From assembly GCA_046302715.1 (NCBI GenBank), contig JBKCHQ010000254.1, positions 20 to 64,019 on the forward strand: 64,000 nucleotides of DNA, given 5' to 3'. The translations under genes and the position numbers were made by a program. The first letter of the stretch is position 1; each line of letters opens with the position of its first letter. The stretch comes from Bacteroidia bacterium (GTDB taxonomy: Bacteria > Bacteroidota > Bacteroidia > M30B66). A model generated the notes under the pieces. That model saw only the letters and a list, made by a program, of their open reading frames with translations, was not told the origin of the DNA and ran no database searches. Shown piece by piece: positions 49,467-59,990 of this stretch.

Positions 49467-50444
49467 TTAAAATCCTGGGGCAATTGGTTTGTTGTCGAGA
49501 ATGAGCTCAATAGAAGCCAGAACATCTTCCGAAAGCTTTGGTAAGACGTCAAAAGCCGCTAGATTGTCTTTCAGCTGTTGTGTTTTTGAGCCCCCGAGAA
49601 TTACGGTGCTTACGTTATTGTTTTTCAGGCACCAGGCAATAGCGAGTTGGGGTAGCGCAACGCCCAAATCGCCGGCAATCGAATTAAGCGCTTTTGTTTT
49701 AATGATATTTTCTTCAGTAAGTACGCGATCTTTTAGCCATTCGAGCCCTTCGATACTTAAACGCGTGTCGGTAGGAAAACCGCTATTATATTTTCCTGAA
49801 AGGACACCCGATGCAAGAGGAGACCAAATGGTGGAGCCGTATCCGAGTTCTTCAAACACGCGTTTGTATTCGATTTCAAATCGGTAGCGGTGGAACATGT
49901 TGTACTGGGGCTGTTCCATTGTAGGCGGAATTAAATGTTCACGGCGTGCAATGGCAAAAGCCTCAGTAATTTCCTGCGCGCTCCACTCGGAAGTTCCCCA
50001 ATAAAGAATTTTACCTTGGCGAATGAGGTCGTTCATCACCCATACCGTTTCTTCGATGGGTGTTTCGGGGTCGGGGCGATGGCAGAAATACAAGTCGAGG
50101 TAATCGAGCTGGAAGCGTTTGAGTGCGGCATGACAGGCTTCGAACACGTGCTTGCGCGAAAGTCCGGTTTGATTGGGCTTATCGCCCCCCCAGAACACTT
50201 TGCTTGAAACGAGATATGTGTCGCGGCGCCAGTCGAGTTTTTTGAGAATGTTTCCCATTACAATCTCGCTTTTTCCGCGCGCATATATTTCTGCGTTATC
50301 GAAAAAATTGATGCCATTGTCGTATGCGCAAATCATTAATTCTTCGGCAACATCATCGCTAATTTGCTTGCCGAAGGTGAGCCATGAGCCCAGCGATAGC
50401 GCAGAAACTTTTAGGCCTGAGCGGCCGAGACGGCGGTATTCCAT
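49467..50444 (-). CDS. Aldo/keto reductase (Kv-beta-like subfamily)
   Basis: 325 aa. AKR catalytic tetrad context (…DNAEIYA…K…H…). Typical MEYRRLGRSGLKVSALSLGSW start. Confidence 0.85.
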   Translation of the reverse strand: MEYRRLGRSGLKVSALSLGSWLTFGKQISDDVAEELMICAYDNGINFFDNAEIYARGKSEIVMGNILKKLDWRRDTYLVSSKVFWGGDKPNQTGLSRKHVFEACHAALKRFQLDYLDLYFCHRPDPETPIEETVWVMNDLIRQGKILYWGTSEWSAQEITEAFAIARREHLIPPTMEQPQYNMFHRYRFEIEYKRVFEELGYGSTIWSPLASGVLSGKYNSGFPTDTRLSIEGLEWLKDRVLTEENIIKTKALNSIAGDLGVALPQLAIAWCLKNNNVSTVILGGSKTQQLKDNLAAFDVLPKLSEDVLASIELILDNKPIAPGF

Positions 50445-50503
50445 AATATATTTTATTCGCCGCTAAAATACACCCATTTTGTGATATGGGTGTGTGCAGA
50501 TTT

Positions 50504-51145
50504 TTAGACTATTTTTTCCTTTAGAGCTTTTATCACAGCTTCGGTATTGCTGTGCACATGCAATTTACCGTAAATACTTTTCATGTGCGACCGAACTGTT
50601 TCGTATGAAATATTCAGCGCATCGGCAATCATTTTAAAGCTTTTACCTTCTACGAGACTCGACAAAACTTCCTTTTCTTTTTGGGTTAGGTCGTATTGAA
50701 CTGATTTCTCCGGCACGACAGTTTTTTGAAAAAGCGTTAAAACCTTTCTGGCCACCGGACCGCTCATGGGCGAGCCCCCCTGATGCACATCGCGAATGGC
50801 TTGAAGGTATTGCTGAGGCGAAGCACTTTTGAGTAAATAGCCTGAAGCGCCGGCACAAATTGCATTAAAAATGGAATCGTCGTCTTGAAAAATGGTTTGC
50901 ATTAGCACCTGAACCGATGGAAATTCTGCTTTTAATTTTCGAACGGCATCAATACCGCTTGTGCCGGGCATTTCAATGTCCATAAGCACTACATCGGGCA
51001 ATTGAGGCTTAAATGCTTCTGCGATATGGTTTGCATTGGGTTGAGCCGAAAGACATTCCATGTCGGTTTCTGAGTTAATCAAAAAATACAAACTATCGCG
51101 AAGATGGAGATTATCTTCAAATACGGTTACGCCTATTTTTTTCAT
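50504..51145 (-). CDS. Two-component response regulator, NarL/LuxR family
   Basis: Receiver domain (…VVLMDIEMPG…) followed by a LuxR HTH (…LTQKEKEVLSSLVEGKSFKMIADALNISYETVRSHMKSIY…). Confidence 0.85.
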   Translation of the reverse strand: MKKIGVTVFEDNLHLRDSLYFLINSETDMECLSAQPNANHIAEAFKPQLPDVVLMDIEMPGTSGIDAVRKLKAEFPSVQVLMQTIFQDDDSIFNAICAGASGYLLKSASPQQYLQAIRDVHQGGSPMSGPVARKVLTLFQKTVVPEKSVQYDLTQKEKEVLSSLVEGKSFKMIADALNISYETVRSHMKSIYGKLHVHSNTEAVIKALKEKIV

Positions 51146-51214
51146 TCCGTAAAAGTATGTTTAGTGCGATGAATTATTAATCCCTCAAAGGGGTGAATTT
51201 ACATAGGGCGGACC

Positions 51215-53095
51215 TTAGTTGACAGGAAAGCTAAATTTCAGAAACAACCCTCCATCTGGGTGGTTGTTTCGCTCGCAGACTCCTTTGTGTTTAAGGGTTC
51301 TTTGTTCCATGTTTTTGAGGCCATTTCCTTCTCGGTGTTGCTCCGGCAAGCCATTTCCATAGTCGCGAATGCTGATTTTCACGGTGTTGTTTTCGACCGA
51401 AAAAGCCACATCGAGTTTGTTGGATCCGGAATATTTCACGGCATTGTTTACAGCTTCCTTGCATACAAGAAACATATCGTTTCGCAGTTCAATATCGGGC
51501 TTCCACTCTTTCAACTCTTCGGTAGCCGTAAAATTCAGGCTTATTTCGCGGGCCTCGCAAATGGCCAGTGCAGTGTTCCAAACCCTATTTTGAAGTGCAG
51601 AAAACCCTTCCTCGCCAGGTTTTATAGCCCAAACAATATCGCTCATATTTTGGATAATCTCCCGGGCGTTGTCGCTAATTCGGGCTGCTATGGGCGAAAG
51701 TTGCGGCGCCGATTGCTCGCCTTTACTTTTAAGCATTTCGCTGTACATGCGGATGGCACTTAGGGAGGCGCCAACATCATCGTGCAAATCGCCGGCAATG
51801 CGGTTGAGTTCCTGTTGGCGTTTACGTTCTTTTCGAACCAAGGCCTGATTATAAACCACAACCGAAAGTGCCACAATAACAGCCACCAACAAAACGAGAG
51901 AAAATATAAGCCAGTTGCGCCGGCTTATTTCACTTTCCTGGGCATTTCCTTCGGCTTTGAGAAGCGCAATTTGCTGTTCTTTGCGATCGGTTTCATACTC
52001 GGTTTGGAGGCGTTGAATTTCTTCGGTTTTCTGGGCCTCCGAAATACTGTCGCGAAGCGAAATGTGCTTTTTATATGCTTCTAACGCCTTGGTCGTATTG
52101 CCAGCATCTTCGAAGATTTGACTGCGTATTTGATACAAATCGGCCAAATAGGTTGAAACTTGTTCTTTGCGAAAAATTAATTCTGCACTATCGAGCAGGA
52201 GGTGCGCATTTGCAAATTTATTTTGCTTTCCGGTAGGGACGGCGAGGCGCATTTGTTCGTAGGCAACATCCGTTTCGCTTTTAATGTTTCTGAAGATGTT
52301 GAGCGCCCGTACATAATAGTCGGCGGCTTCGTTGTAGCGTTGCGAATTTTCTTCAACCAATGCGAGGTTTTCCAGCGCCAGCGCCTGATTGAATGTATCG
52401 TTGGTCTTTAAAAACAAGTCATACGATTTTTGATGATAGGGCTTTGCTTCCTCGTACTTTTTCATTGCAATAAACAAGTTGCCCATTAAGCTATTGGCAG
52501 CTCCCAGCTCATTGAGTTTGTTCTGACGGGTGAGGATATTTATGGATTTGTCGAGATAGGATTTGCTTTCATCATACTGTTTCAATTCACGATTTATAAT
52601 ACTTAGTGTTTGATAGGATTTTGCAATGCGAAAACTGTCGGAAACAGATTCAAAATAACGCAAAGCCTTAAGCAAAAATGTTTGCGATTGCCGGTAATCT
52701 TTGCGCAAGTAAAGGTGCTGGGCCAGATTGTCATTCACTCTCGCAACCTGTGCGGGCTCTTTGATTGCTTCAAACAGCCTGATAGCTTCGACATATGATT
52801 GAAAGCACTTCGTGTAACGTCCAAGTCTGTTATAAGCGAGGCCCGCCATATTAAGACAAGACGCCTTGTGGAAAACGTTGTTGTTGCCTTCGGCAAAAGC
52901 GATTCCTTGTTGGGCTATGAGTAAAGCAGAGTCGGGATTGGTTTGATGCAGCGCAAACGATAATGCAGGATATGCAGACAACTTGCTTTTGGCATCACCG
53001 GTTTTCAGCATCCGAAGAAGCGAATCGTTTTGTGAAAAGGCCGTCGTTGAGAAGGCTAATAAAAACAGCATTAAACACGTAAAAACTCTAATCAT
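51215..53095 (-). CDS. TPR-repeat sensor histidine kinase (HisKA_3/HATPase_c)
   Basis: Signal peptide. About 7 TPR repeats, then one TM helix. H-box (…GDLHDDVGASLS…). ATPase G-boxes at the C-terminus. Adjacent to the LuxR-type regulator. Confidence 0.8.
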   Translation of the reverse strand: MIRVFTCLMLFLLAFSTTAFSQNDSLLRMLKTGDAKSKLSAYPALSFALHQTNPDSALLIAQQGIAFAEGNNNVFHKASCLNMAGLAYNRLGRYTKCFQSYVEAIRLFEAIKEPAQVARVNDNLAQHLYLRKDYRQSQTFLLKALRYFESVSDSFRIAKSYQTLSIINRELKQYDESKSYLDKSINILTRQNKLNELGAANSLMGNLFIAMKKYEEAKPYHQKSYDLFLKTNDTFNQALALENLALVEENSQRYNEAADYYVRALNIFRNIKSETDVAYEQMRLAVPTGKQNKFANAHLLLDSAELIFRKEQVSTYLADLYQIRSQIFEDAGNTTKALEAYKKHISLRDSISEAQKTEEIQRLQTEYETDRKEQQIALLKAEGNAQESEISRRNWLIFSLVLLVAVIVALSVVVYNQALVRKERKRQQELNRIAGDLHDDVGASLSAIRMYSEMLKSKGEQSAPQLSPIAARISDNAREIIQNMSDIVWAIKPGEEGFSALQNRVWNTALAICEAREISLNFTATEELKEWKPDIELRNDMFLVCKEAVNNAVKYSGSNKLDVAFSVENNTVKISIRDYGNGLPEQHREGNGLKNMEQRTLKHKGVCERNNHPDGGLFLKFSFPVN

Positions 53096-53247
53096 GAAAG
53101 ATTGTTGCTGATATAAAAATTGAAAGGAAGAAATATAAAAACATATCCTTACAAATAGGGGTAAAAATTAACGTAAACAAATAAAATAGATGCCAAAATG
53201 CCCTACCTTTGCGCAACAATTTTACGGGGAAACCTGTTTTAGTTCAA

Positions 53248-55098
53248 ATGGAAAACACCACCCTCCTTGCAACGGAGGCAACAATATTGTTTGCCGGCGA
53301 CTCCGGCGACGGAATTCAGCTTACCGGCGACCAGTTTACCACCACAGCAGCGCTGCACGGAAACGATTTAAGCACGTTCCCCAATTTTCCGGCAGAGATT
53401 CGCGCTCCACAAGGCACGCTTGCCGGCGTTTCGGGGTTTCAGATTAAATTCGGAAGCACCGAAATTTATACGCCGGGCGATTTGTGTGATATGCTGGTAG
53501 TTATGAATGCCGCAGCACTCAAGGCCAATTTGCGACAGCTTAAAAAGGGGGGTATTATCATTGCCAATACCGATGGTTTTGATTCGAAAAACCTTCGCCT
53601 AGCAAAATACCCCGAAGGATCAAATCCCATAGAAGATTCAAGCCTTGAAGAATACCGACTTCTAACGCTCGACGTTACACGCATGACCAAGGCCACATTA
53701 GAAGGTAGTGGTTTGGGAACCAAAGAAATAGATAGAACCAAAAACATGTTTGTGTTAGGGTATATCTATTGGATTTACAATCGTTCGCTCGACACGACAA
53801 TAAAATTCATCGAACAAAAGTTTGCCAAACGCCCCGAAATAGTTGATGCCAACATTAAAACGCTAAAAGCGGGTTACAACTACGGCGAAACCAGCGAAAC
53901 TTTTATGCAGCGAGTAGAAATTCGTGCTGCTCAGATTAAGCCCGGGAAATACCGTAATATCAACGGAAATCCGGCTACGGCTTACGGTCTCATCGCTGCT
54001 GCACAGAAATCGGGTTTGCCTTTGTTTTTAGGATCCTATCCCATTACACCCGCTTCGGATATTTTGCATGAATTATCGCGCCACAAAAACTTTGGCGTGA
54101 AAACCTTTCAGGCAGAGGACGAAATTGCCGCCATTTGTTCTGCTATAGGGGCTTCGTTTGGCGGATCACTCGCTGTTACCACATCATCGGGGCCGGGCAT
54201 TGCACTTAAGACCGAGGCCATCGGACTGGCCGTAATGTTAGAGCTTCCCTTGGTCATTATTAACGTTCAGCGCGGAGGACCATCAACGGGTTTGCCTACC
54301 AAAACAGAGCAGGCGGATTTGCTGCAAGCACTTTACGGACGCAATGGAGAGGCGCCACTTCCGGTGATTGCGGCACAAACGCCAGGCGATTGCTTTTATG
54401 CGGTGTATGAAGCCTGCCGGATTGCGGTAGAACATAGCACGCCGGTTTTTTTCTTAAGTGATGGTTATTTGGCAAATGGGGCCGAACCCTGGATGTATCC
54501 CACAAGTGATGCCCTAAAACCGATTCAACCCAATTTTATAAAGGAATTGTCCGAAGGTGAAAAATTCCTGCCCTATAAACGCGACGAGAAACTTGCCCGT
54601 AAATGGGCCGTGCCTGGAATTAAAGGATTAGAGCATCGAATCGGGGGACTTGAAAAAGAACATGAAACCGGGAACATTAGTTACGATCCTGAAAATCATG
54701 AGTTTATGGTGAAGCTCCGGGCTGAAAAGATTGAACGTATTGCCGATTTTATTCCAGAACAAACCATCGATCAAGGTCCACAAACGTGCCCATTGGTTGT
54801 GGTTGGTTGGGGCTCTACATACGGTGCGATTAAAACGGCAGTTCGTGAAGCCTTGAATGAAGGCATACAAGTAGCGCATATCCACATTAGAAACATTCAT
54901 CCCTTCCCTAAAAATTTGGGAACACTGCTGGCTTCTTACGAGCACATTCTCGTTCCCGAAATGAACAATGGTCAGCTTGTGCGTGTGTTGCGCGATAAGT
55001 TTTTGTTGCCGGCCGAAGGAATGAACAAGATTAAAGGCGTACCGTTCACCGCGGGTGAACTACTGGTTAAAATTAAATCAATTGTTGCACATGCATAG
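53248..55098 (+). CDS. korA: 2-oxoglutarate/2-oxoacid:ferredoxin oxidoreductase subunit alpha
   Basis: …[15 protein letters not shown]… N-terminus of the OFOR alpha gamma-domain. About 615 aa. The track ORF begins at an upstream TTG (53209); ATG 53248 is the likely start. Confidence 0.85.
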   Translation: MENTTLLATEATILFAGDSGDGIQLTGDQFTTTAALHGNDLSTFPNFPAEIRAPQGTLAGVSGFQIKFGSTEIYTPGDLCDMLVVMNAAALKANLRQLKKGGIIIANTDGFDSKNLRLAKYPEGSNPIEDSSLEEYRLLTLDVTRMTKATLEGSGLGTKEIDRTKNMFVLGYIYWIYNRSLDTTIKFIEQKFAKRPEIVDANIKTLKAGYNYGETSETFMQRVEIRAAQIKPGKYRNINGNPATAYGLIAAAQKSGLPLFLGSYPITPASDILHELSRHKNFGVKTFQAEDEIAAICSAIGASFGGSLAVTTSSGPGIALKTEAIGLAVMLELPLVIINVQRGGPSTGLPTKTEQADLLQALYGRNGEAPLPVIAAQTPGDCFYAVYEACRIAVEHSTPVFFLSDGYLANGAEPWMYPTSDALKPIQPNFIKELSEGEKFLPYKRDEKLARKWAVPGIKGLEHRIGGLEKEHETGNISYDPENHEFMVKLRAEKIERIADFIPEQTIDQGPQTCPLVVVGWGSTYGAIKTAVREALNEGIQVAHIHIRNIHPFPKNLGTLLASYEHILVPEMNNGQLVRVLRDKFLLPAEGMNKIKGVPFTAGELLVKIKSIVAHA

Positions 55099-56128
55099 CG
55101 AAACGCAAGATATAGCGGTGTTTACTGCCAAGGATCTGGTAACCGATCAGGAAGTTCGCTGGTGCCCGGGTTGCGGCGATTATTCGATTTTGAAGCAAGT
55201 ACAAACGGTGGTTCCCGAGCTGGGTTTGCGCAAAGAAGAGATTGTTTTCGTTTCGGGTATCGGTTGTTCGTCGCGCTTCCCGTATTATATGGAAACGTAC
55301 GGTATGCATTCCATACATGGCAGGGCAACGGCTATTGCCTCTGGATTGAAGGCAACACGGCCTGATCTTAGTGTTTGGGTCATCACCGGCGATGGAGATT
55401 CCTTGTCTATTGGAGGGAATCACTTCATTCACATGTTGCGCAGAAACTTCAACCTGAATGTGTTGCTTTTCAATAATGAAATATATGGCTTAACCAAAGG
55501 CCAATATTCACCCACTTCAGAGCGAGGCAAGGTTACGAAGTCTACCCCGATGGGATCGGTTGATCATCCGTTTAATCCGTTAGCCTTGGTTTTAGGTGCC
55601 GACGGAACCTTTGTGGCTCGTTCTATGGATCGAGACCCGCTGCATTTGCGTGCTATTTTTAAACGTGCACATTTCCATCAAGGCACATCATTGGTGGAGA
55701 TTTACCAGAATTGTAATGTGTTTAACGACGGTGCCTTTGAGGTGTTTACTGAGAAGGGAACCAAGGCAGACAATGCCCTTTTTGCCGAACACGGAAAGCC
55801 GTTGATTTTTGGAGCAAATTTAGATAAAGGGATAGTTCTTGATGGATTTACTCCGCGAGTGGTTGCATTGGCCGATTGTAGCGTGAATGATATTTGGATA
55901 CACGATGAAACCGATCGTACTAAGGCCGGAATTTTAACCCGCTTTTTCGACGATCCACGCAAAGAAGGAGCTTTTCCTCGCCCGTTTGGTGTGTTTTATG
56001 TTGAGAAACGAGATGCGTATGAGGAAGTAATGAATCGTCAGCTAGAGGATGCTGTAAAAGCAAAAGGAGCCGGCGATTTGGATGCTTTGCTGCGAGGCAA
56101 CAATACCTGGGAAGTGCTTATTCCTTAG
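55091..56128 (+). CDS. korB: 2-oxoacid:ferredoxin oxidoreductase subunit beta (TPP-binding)
   Basis: C-x2-C…TPP motif (…[11 protein letters not shown]…GIGCSSRF…GDGD…). The start ATG overlaps the korA stop (ATGCATAG), which points to translational coupling. Confidence 0.85.
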   Translation: MHSETQDIAVFTAKDLVTDQEVRWCPGCGDYSILKQVQTVVPELGLRKEEIVFVSGIGCSSRFPYYMETYGMHSIHGRATAIASGLKATRPDLSVWVITGDGDSLSIGGNHFIHMLRRNFNLNVLLFNNEIYGLTKGQYSPTSERGKVTKSTPMGSVDHPFNPLALVLGADGTFVARSMDRDPLHLRAIFKRAHFHQGTSLVEIYQNCNVFNDGAFEVFTEKGTKADNALFAEHGKPLIFGANLDKGIVLDGFTPRVVALADCSVNDIWIHDETDRTKAGILTRFFDDPRKEGAFPRPFGVFYVEKRDAYEEVMNRQLEDAVKAKGAGDLDALLRGNNTWEVLIP

Positions 56129-56600
56129 ATTTTTCGATGCGCAAACCCACCTCGCGCACATTTCCTAATTCTTTACCGCGCATGGCCTGTATAATCGAAA
56201 AAACGTATTTTCCTTTAAGCGGAAAACGCAATCCCTTTTTAAAGGCTATTTGATGATCGCGCAAGCCGCCGGCGCCAGAACCGTTCCATTTACCATCGGG
56301 CCGCTGCAACATAAGTTCGAGCGTGTCTTGTGCTTCCTTTCCATTTGGGAATTTCGTATGAAGAAACAGAAATATATTACTATATGGATAAGCCTCTTCG
56401 TGCCTAAGGTTAAGGTAAAAAGTGTTGGCACTTAAGGTATCGTCAACATCAACATTAAAAACCACTGGAGAGCTTGCATTCCACACGCCATTTTCGATGG
56501 CTTTGTTTTCTTCAAAAACACGCAATGCGTCGCAGGAATACGTGATAGAAATCAGCGTAAGAAATATACCAAACAGAGATAAGGTTTTGAAAGGGCGCAT
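56118..56600 (-). CDS. gldH: Gliding motility lipoprotein GldH
   Basis: Likely start [23 protein letters not shown] (lipobox). About 160 aa. The conserved location immediately downstream of the PSP1/YaaT homolog and holB matches gldH loci in Flavobacteria. The track ORF is N-terminally over-extended. Confidence 0.7.
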   Translation of the reverse strand: MRPFKTLSLFGIFLTLISITYSCDALRVFEENKAIENGVWNASSPVVFNVDVDDTLSANTFYLNLRHEEAYPYSNIFLFLHTKFPNGKEAQDTLELMLQRPDGKWNGSGAGGLRDHQIAFKKGLRFPLKGKYVFSIIQAMRGKELGNVREVGLRIEKSKE

Positions 56601-56619
56601 TTTATGAAATGGTTTTTTT

Positions 56620-57807
56620 CTATGGTCGGCTGTTTTGTTTTTGCGAATGTTGATTTCGATGGTGTTGCTGGCCTTGATCGGAGCGATTGCCCGGTTTCTT
56701 CTTTTTCTTTTTTCTACGCTGATTGTCGAACCGAGTAAGGCTGTCCTGACCCACCACATTTTCGTAGTCGGGCGTTTTTTCTACACGCACTTTTTCTTTT
56801 TCTGACAAAAGCGCCTCTGGTTTTTGCCCCTCCTTGTTGAGCGCTATAATTTCTTTTACCCGATGTACGGGCAAGGCTATAAAATTACCGGGATCATCGG
56901 TATATGAATAATAAAGTAGGCGTTTGAAGATGTCGGTTTTTTGGTGAAAGGCGCTTCCTTTCAACGTTTCAAGGCGTACATTAGATTCCGGGAAGTCTTT
57001 TAAAGCATCGAGATATGAATCGAGCTCGTAATTGAGGCAGCATTTTAGCTTGCCGCATTGACCTGCAAGTTTTTGAGGGTTAAGCGAAAGTTGCTGATAG
57101 CGGGCAGCCCCGGTATTTACCGATCTAAAATCGCGAAGCCATGTGGAACAACAAAGCTCGCGCCCACAAGAGCCTATGCCACCCAGCCGTGCGCTTTCTT
57201 GACGAGCGCCAATTTGCTTCATTTCAATTCTAACTCTGAATTCATCAGCCAGATGGCGTATAAGTTCTCTGAAGTCTACACGATCTTCGGCGGTATAATA
57301 AAAAATGGCTTTGGCTCCATCGCCTTGAAATTCAACATCGCTGATTTTCATTTCAAGCTTTAATTCGGTAGCGATTGCACGTGCGCGCAGCATGGTAGGC
57401 GTTTCACGAGCAACAACCTCCTTCCATTTTTCAATATCGTTGGGCCGTGCTTTTCGGTAAACTGTTTTTAGTTGGTGCTCGTTTTGTGCCCCAAGGCGCT
57501 TCATCTGCAGTCGAACCAATTCTCCGGTCATCGAAACCATTCCAAGATCGTGACCTGGGCTGGCTTCAACAGCAACAGCATCGCCGACAGCTAGCCCCGA
57601 TACATCGCCCGCTTTAAAAAACTCTTTCCTCGAATTTTTAAAACGAACCTCAACGATAGTAAAAGGCGAAACACCAGAAGGCAGGGCCATATTGGCGAGC
57701 CAATCAAAAACGGGTAACTTGGAGCAGCCCCCAGCGCCACATGCGCCATTATTATTACATCCGGCCGGCAGGCCACCTCTTCCTGAAGAACAACTACTAC
57801 ACGCCAT
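56620..57807 (-). CDS. PSP1 C-terminal-domain protein (RicT/YaaT-like) with Cys-rich N-terminal extension
   Basis: …FTIVEVRFKNSRKEFFKAGDVSGLAVGDAVAVEASPGHDLGMV… is the YaaT-type N-domain. The PSP1 core follows. The N-terminal 40 aa carry five Cys (CSSCSS…C…C…C). The C-terminal tail is K/R/Q/H-rich. holB is adjacent, as in B. subtilis holB-yaaT. Confidence 0.8.
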   Translation of the reverse strand: MACSSCSSGRGGLPAGCNNNGACGAGGCSKLPVFDWLANMALPSGVSPFTIVEVRFKNSRKEFFKAGDVSGLAVGDAVAVEASPGHDLGMVSMTGELVRLQMKRLGAQNEHQLKTVYRKARPNDIEKWKEVVARETPTMLRARAIATELKLEMKISDVEFQGDGAKAIFYYTAEDRVDFRELIRHLADEFRVRIEMKQIGARQESARLGGIGSCGRELCCSTWLRDFRSVNTGAARYQQLSLNPQKLAGQCGKLKCCLNYELDSYLDALKDFPESNVRLETLKGSAFHQKTDIFKRLLYYSYTDDPGNFIALPVHRVKEIIALNKEGQKPEALLSEKEKVRVEKTPDYENVVGQDSLTRFDNQRRKKKKKKPGNRSDQGQQHHRNQHSQKQNSRP

Positions 57808-57884
57808 ACGTTTGGGTAATTAGGTTTTGGGATTTAGCCCGTTAATTCAATGGCAACAAAGCTACACATTTGTTTAAATGCATC

Positions 57885-59033
57885 TCATGGGCTTGCTGCA
57901 ACCGATTGTTTTTCTTTGCGAAATAAATCGGCAATGTGCAAGCCGGTATCGAAAAACACAATACGGCCATTTCCGTTTCTTTCAATGTGCAGGATGGCTT
58001 CATTAACAAATCCTGAAATTTGCTCATAATTTTCGGCGTGAAAAAAGCGGGCAAATTTCCCCAAAAAAGCCGCTTCATTTTCTCCTAAACGCAGGAGTTC
58101 GGGAGCCGAATTATACAAGAGCGTTTGGCGAAACATGAACAAACAATACGACAAAAAGCCTTTCTGCCACTCGCGTCCTTTTTTATGAAAGGCTTCGGAG
58201 CGGTTAATTAGTCCGGTAATGTTAAATGAATAACAATCGAGCATCCAACCTCTGAATAATTCGAGCTGTTCGCTCGACTCTTCCTGATTTTGAACCAGCC
58301 AATTTGCCAATGCAACATTTCCTTCGGCAATTTCGGCCGCCATCAAACATTCTTGCGCTGTTTTGTGGCTTAAGCCCGAAACAATATGGGCGCATTCCTG
58401 AGGAGTATATGCCCTTATGCGAAAAACCTGAACTCGCGATCGAATGGTGGCCAAAAGGCTTTCGGGATGCTCAGATACCAAAATAATAACCGTTTGTTCG
58501 GTAGGCTCTTCCAAGGTTTTTAGCAGGCGGTTTGCCGCCTGAACGTTCATAAGTTCGGGCAACCAAATGATGAACACTTTAAATCCTTTTTCGACCGAAA
58601 CCAATCCAATCTCACGAATAATTTCTGATGCTTCTTCAGAATAAATGGTTGGTGACTTGTTACCGGCGTCAATCCAATCCGACCAAAAATCGAGATTCAT
58701 AAAAGGATTGCTGAGAAAAGCCGCTCTAAATTCGCTTACAAGTTCTTGAGATATTCCTTTCTTTTTGCTGTCTTCCTTAATCATCGGGAAGCTCAAATGC
58801 ACGTCGGGATGAACGAGTTTGTTCATTTTTATGCACGAGGAACACCGTCCGCAAGAATCATTATTAACAGGAGCATCGCATCGCAAATACCGTGCATAGG
58901 CAAGGGCAAGCGCTAATGAACCACAACCTTCGGGCCCGGCAAACAATAAACTATGCGCAATACGGCCATTGTTCATGTTTTTAATGAGCGTCGATTTTAA
59001 CTCGGTATGGCCCGATATAGCAGAAAACAACAT
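57885..59033 (-). CDS. holB: DNA polymerase III delta' subunit
   Basis: AAA+ clamp-loader fold: …LLFAGPEGCGSLALALAYARYLRC…, Zn-module Cys (C…C..C), SRC-like motif region. Confidence 0.85.
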   Translation of the reverse strand: MLFSAISGHTELKSTLIKNMNNGRIAHSLLFAGPEGCGSLALALAYARYLRCDAPVNNDSCGRCSSCIKMNKLVHPDVHLSFPMIKEDSKKKGISQELVSEFRAAFLSNPFMNLDFWSDWIDAGNKSPTIYSEEASEIIREIGLVSVEKGFKVFIIWLPELMNVQAANRLLKTLEEPTEQTVIILVSEHPESLLATIRSRVQVFRIRAYTPQECAHIVSGLSHKTAQECLMAAEIAEGNVALANWLVQNQEESSEQLELFRGWMLDCYSFNITGLINRSEAFHKKGREWQKGFLSYCLFMFRQTLLYNSAPELLRLGENEAAFLGKFARFFHAENYEQISGFVNEAILHIERNGNGRIVFFDTGLHIADLFRKEKQSVAASP

Positions 59034-59053
59034 AGTTCAAAGCTATTAATTTA

Positions 59054-59989
59054 TTGCGGTATAGTTTAGGCATGTTTAAATTATTGTTGAATTATTACGA
59101 AATTGCCGCCGTGGAAACGGAGAAAAATAGTGCTTGGCGACGCCTCCTTAACCGACTAAGGTTTAAATACCGGTTGGTGGTTATGGATGATGAGTCATAT
59201 GAGGAGCGGTATTCTTTAAAACTGTCTCAGCTTAATCTCTTTACGGCGGTTGGTATTATCGCTATAGCTTTAATTTTGGTGACCACATGGGTAATTGCCT
59301 TTACCCCGTTGAAAGAATATATACCGGGCTATTCAAACGATGTTACCACCAAGAAAAAACTCATTGTATTGGCCTCAAAAGTAGATTCGCTAGAAAAGGA
59401 TGCGGCGGGCAAAAAGCAATTGCTCGAAAATATTCGTTCGGTTATTACCGGCAACGTAAATACTAAAAAGCCCACTCCCAAACCGGAAGACAAAGCTGCC
59501 GATAGTCAGGTAAACATCAATGCAAGCGAACAGGAAATTAAGTTTCGAAAAGATCTGGAGCAGCAGGATCGCTATAATATTAATGCGAAAGCCAAGAAAT
59601 CGGGGGTAAGCGAGATAAACAATTATTATTTTTTTACCCCTTTGAAGGGAAGGCTTACCACTGCGTTCAACCTTGCCAATAAGCATTATGGTGTAGATAT
59701 TGTTTCAGGCAAGAACGAATCGGTTAAAGCAACACTCGACGGTACGGTTATTTTCTCGGGCTGGACCACCGATGCCGGCCATGTGATTCATATTCAGCAC
59801 GCCAATAATCTGGTGTCTGTTTATGAGCATAATGCCGTATTGCTTAAAAAAGAAGGCGAAACGGTAAAAGCAGGCGACCCAATTGCCATTACCGGAAATT
59901 CGGGCGAATTGTCAACCAACCCGCATTTGCATTTCGAGCTTTGGTATGACGGAACACCGATTGACCCTCGCGATCTGATGGTGTTTTAA
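59054..59989 (+). CDS. M23-family peptidoglycan metalloendopeptidase (single N-terminal TM)
   Basis: The C-terminal LytM domain has H…D (…HYGVDI…) and HxH (…NPHLHFELW…) motifs. An N-terminal TM helix and a coiled-coil middle region. Confidence 0.8.
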   Translation: MRYSLGMFKLLLNYYEIAAVETEKNSAWRRLLNRLRFKYRLVVMDDESYEERYSLKLSQLNLFTAVGIIAIALILVTTWVIAFTPLKEYIPGYSNDVTTKKKLIVLASKVDSLEKDAAGKKQLLENIRSVITGNVNTKKPTPKPEDKAADSQVNINASEQEIKFRKDLEQQDRYNINAKAKKSGVSEINNYYFFTPLKGRLTTAFNLANKHYGVDIVSGKNESVKATLDGTVIFSGWTTDAGHVIHIQHANNLVSVYEHNAVLLKKEGETVKAGDPIAITGNSGELSTNPHLHFELWYDGTPIDPRDLMVF

Positions 59990-59990
59990 T

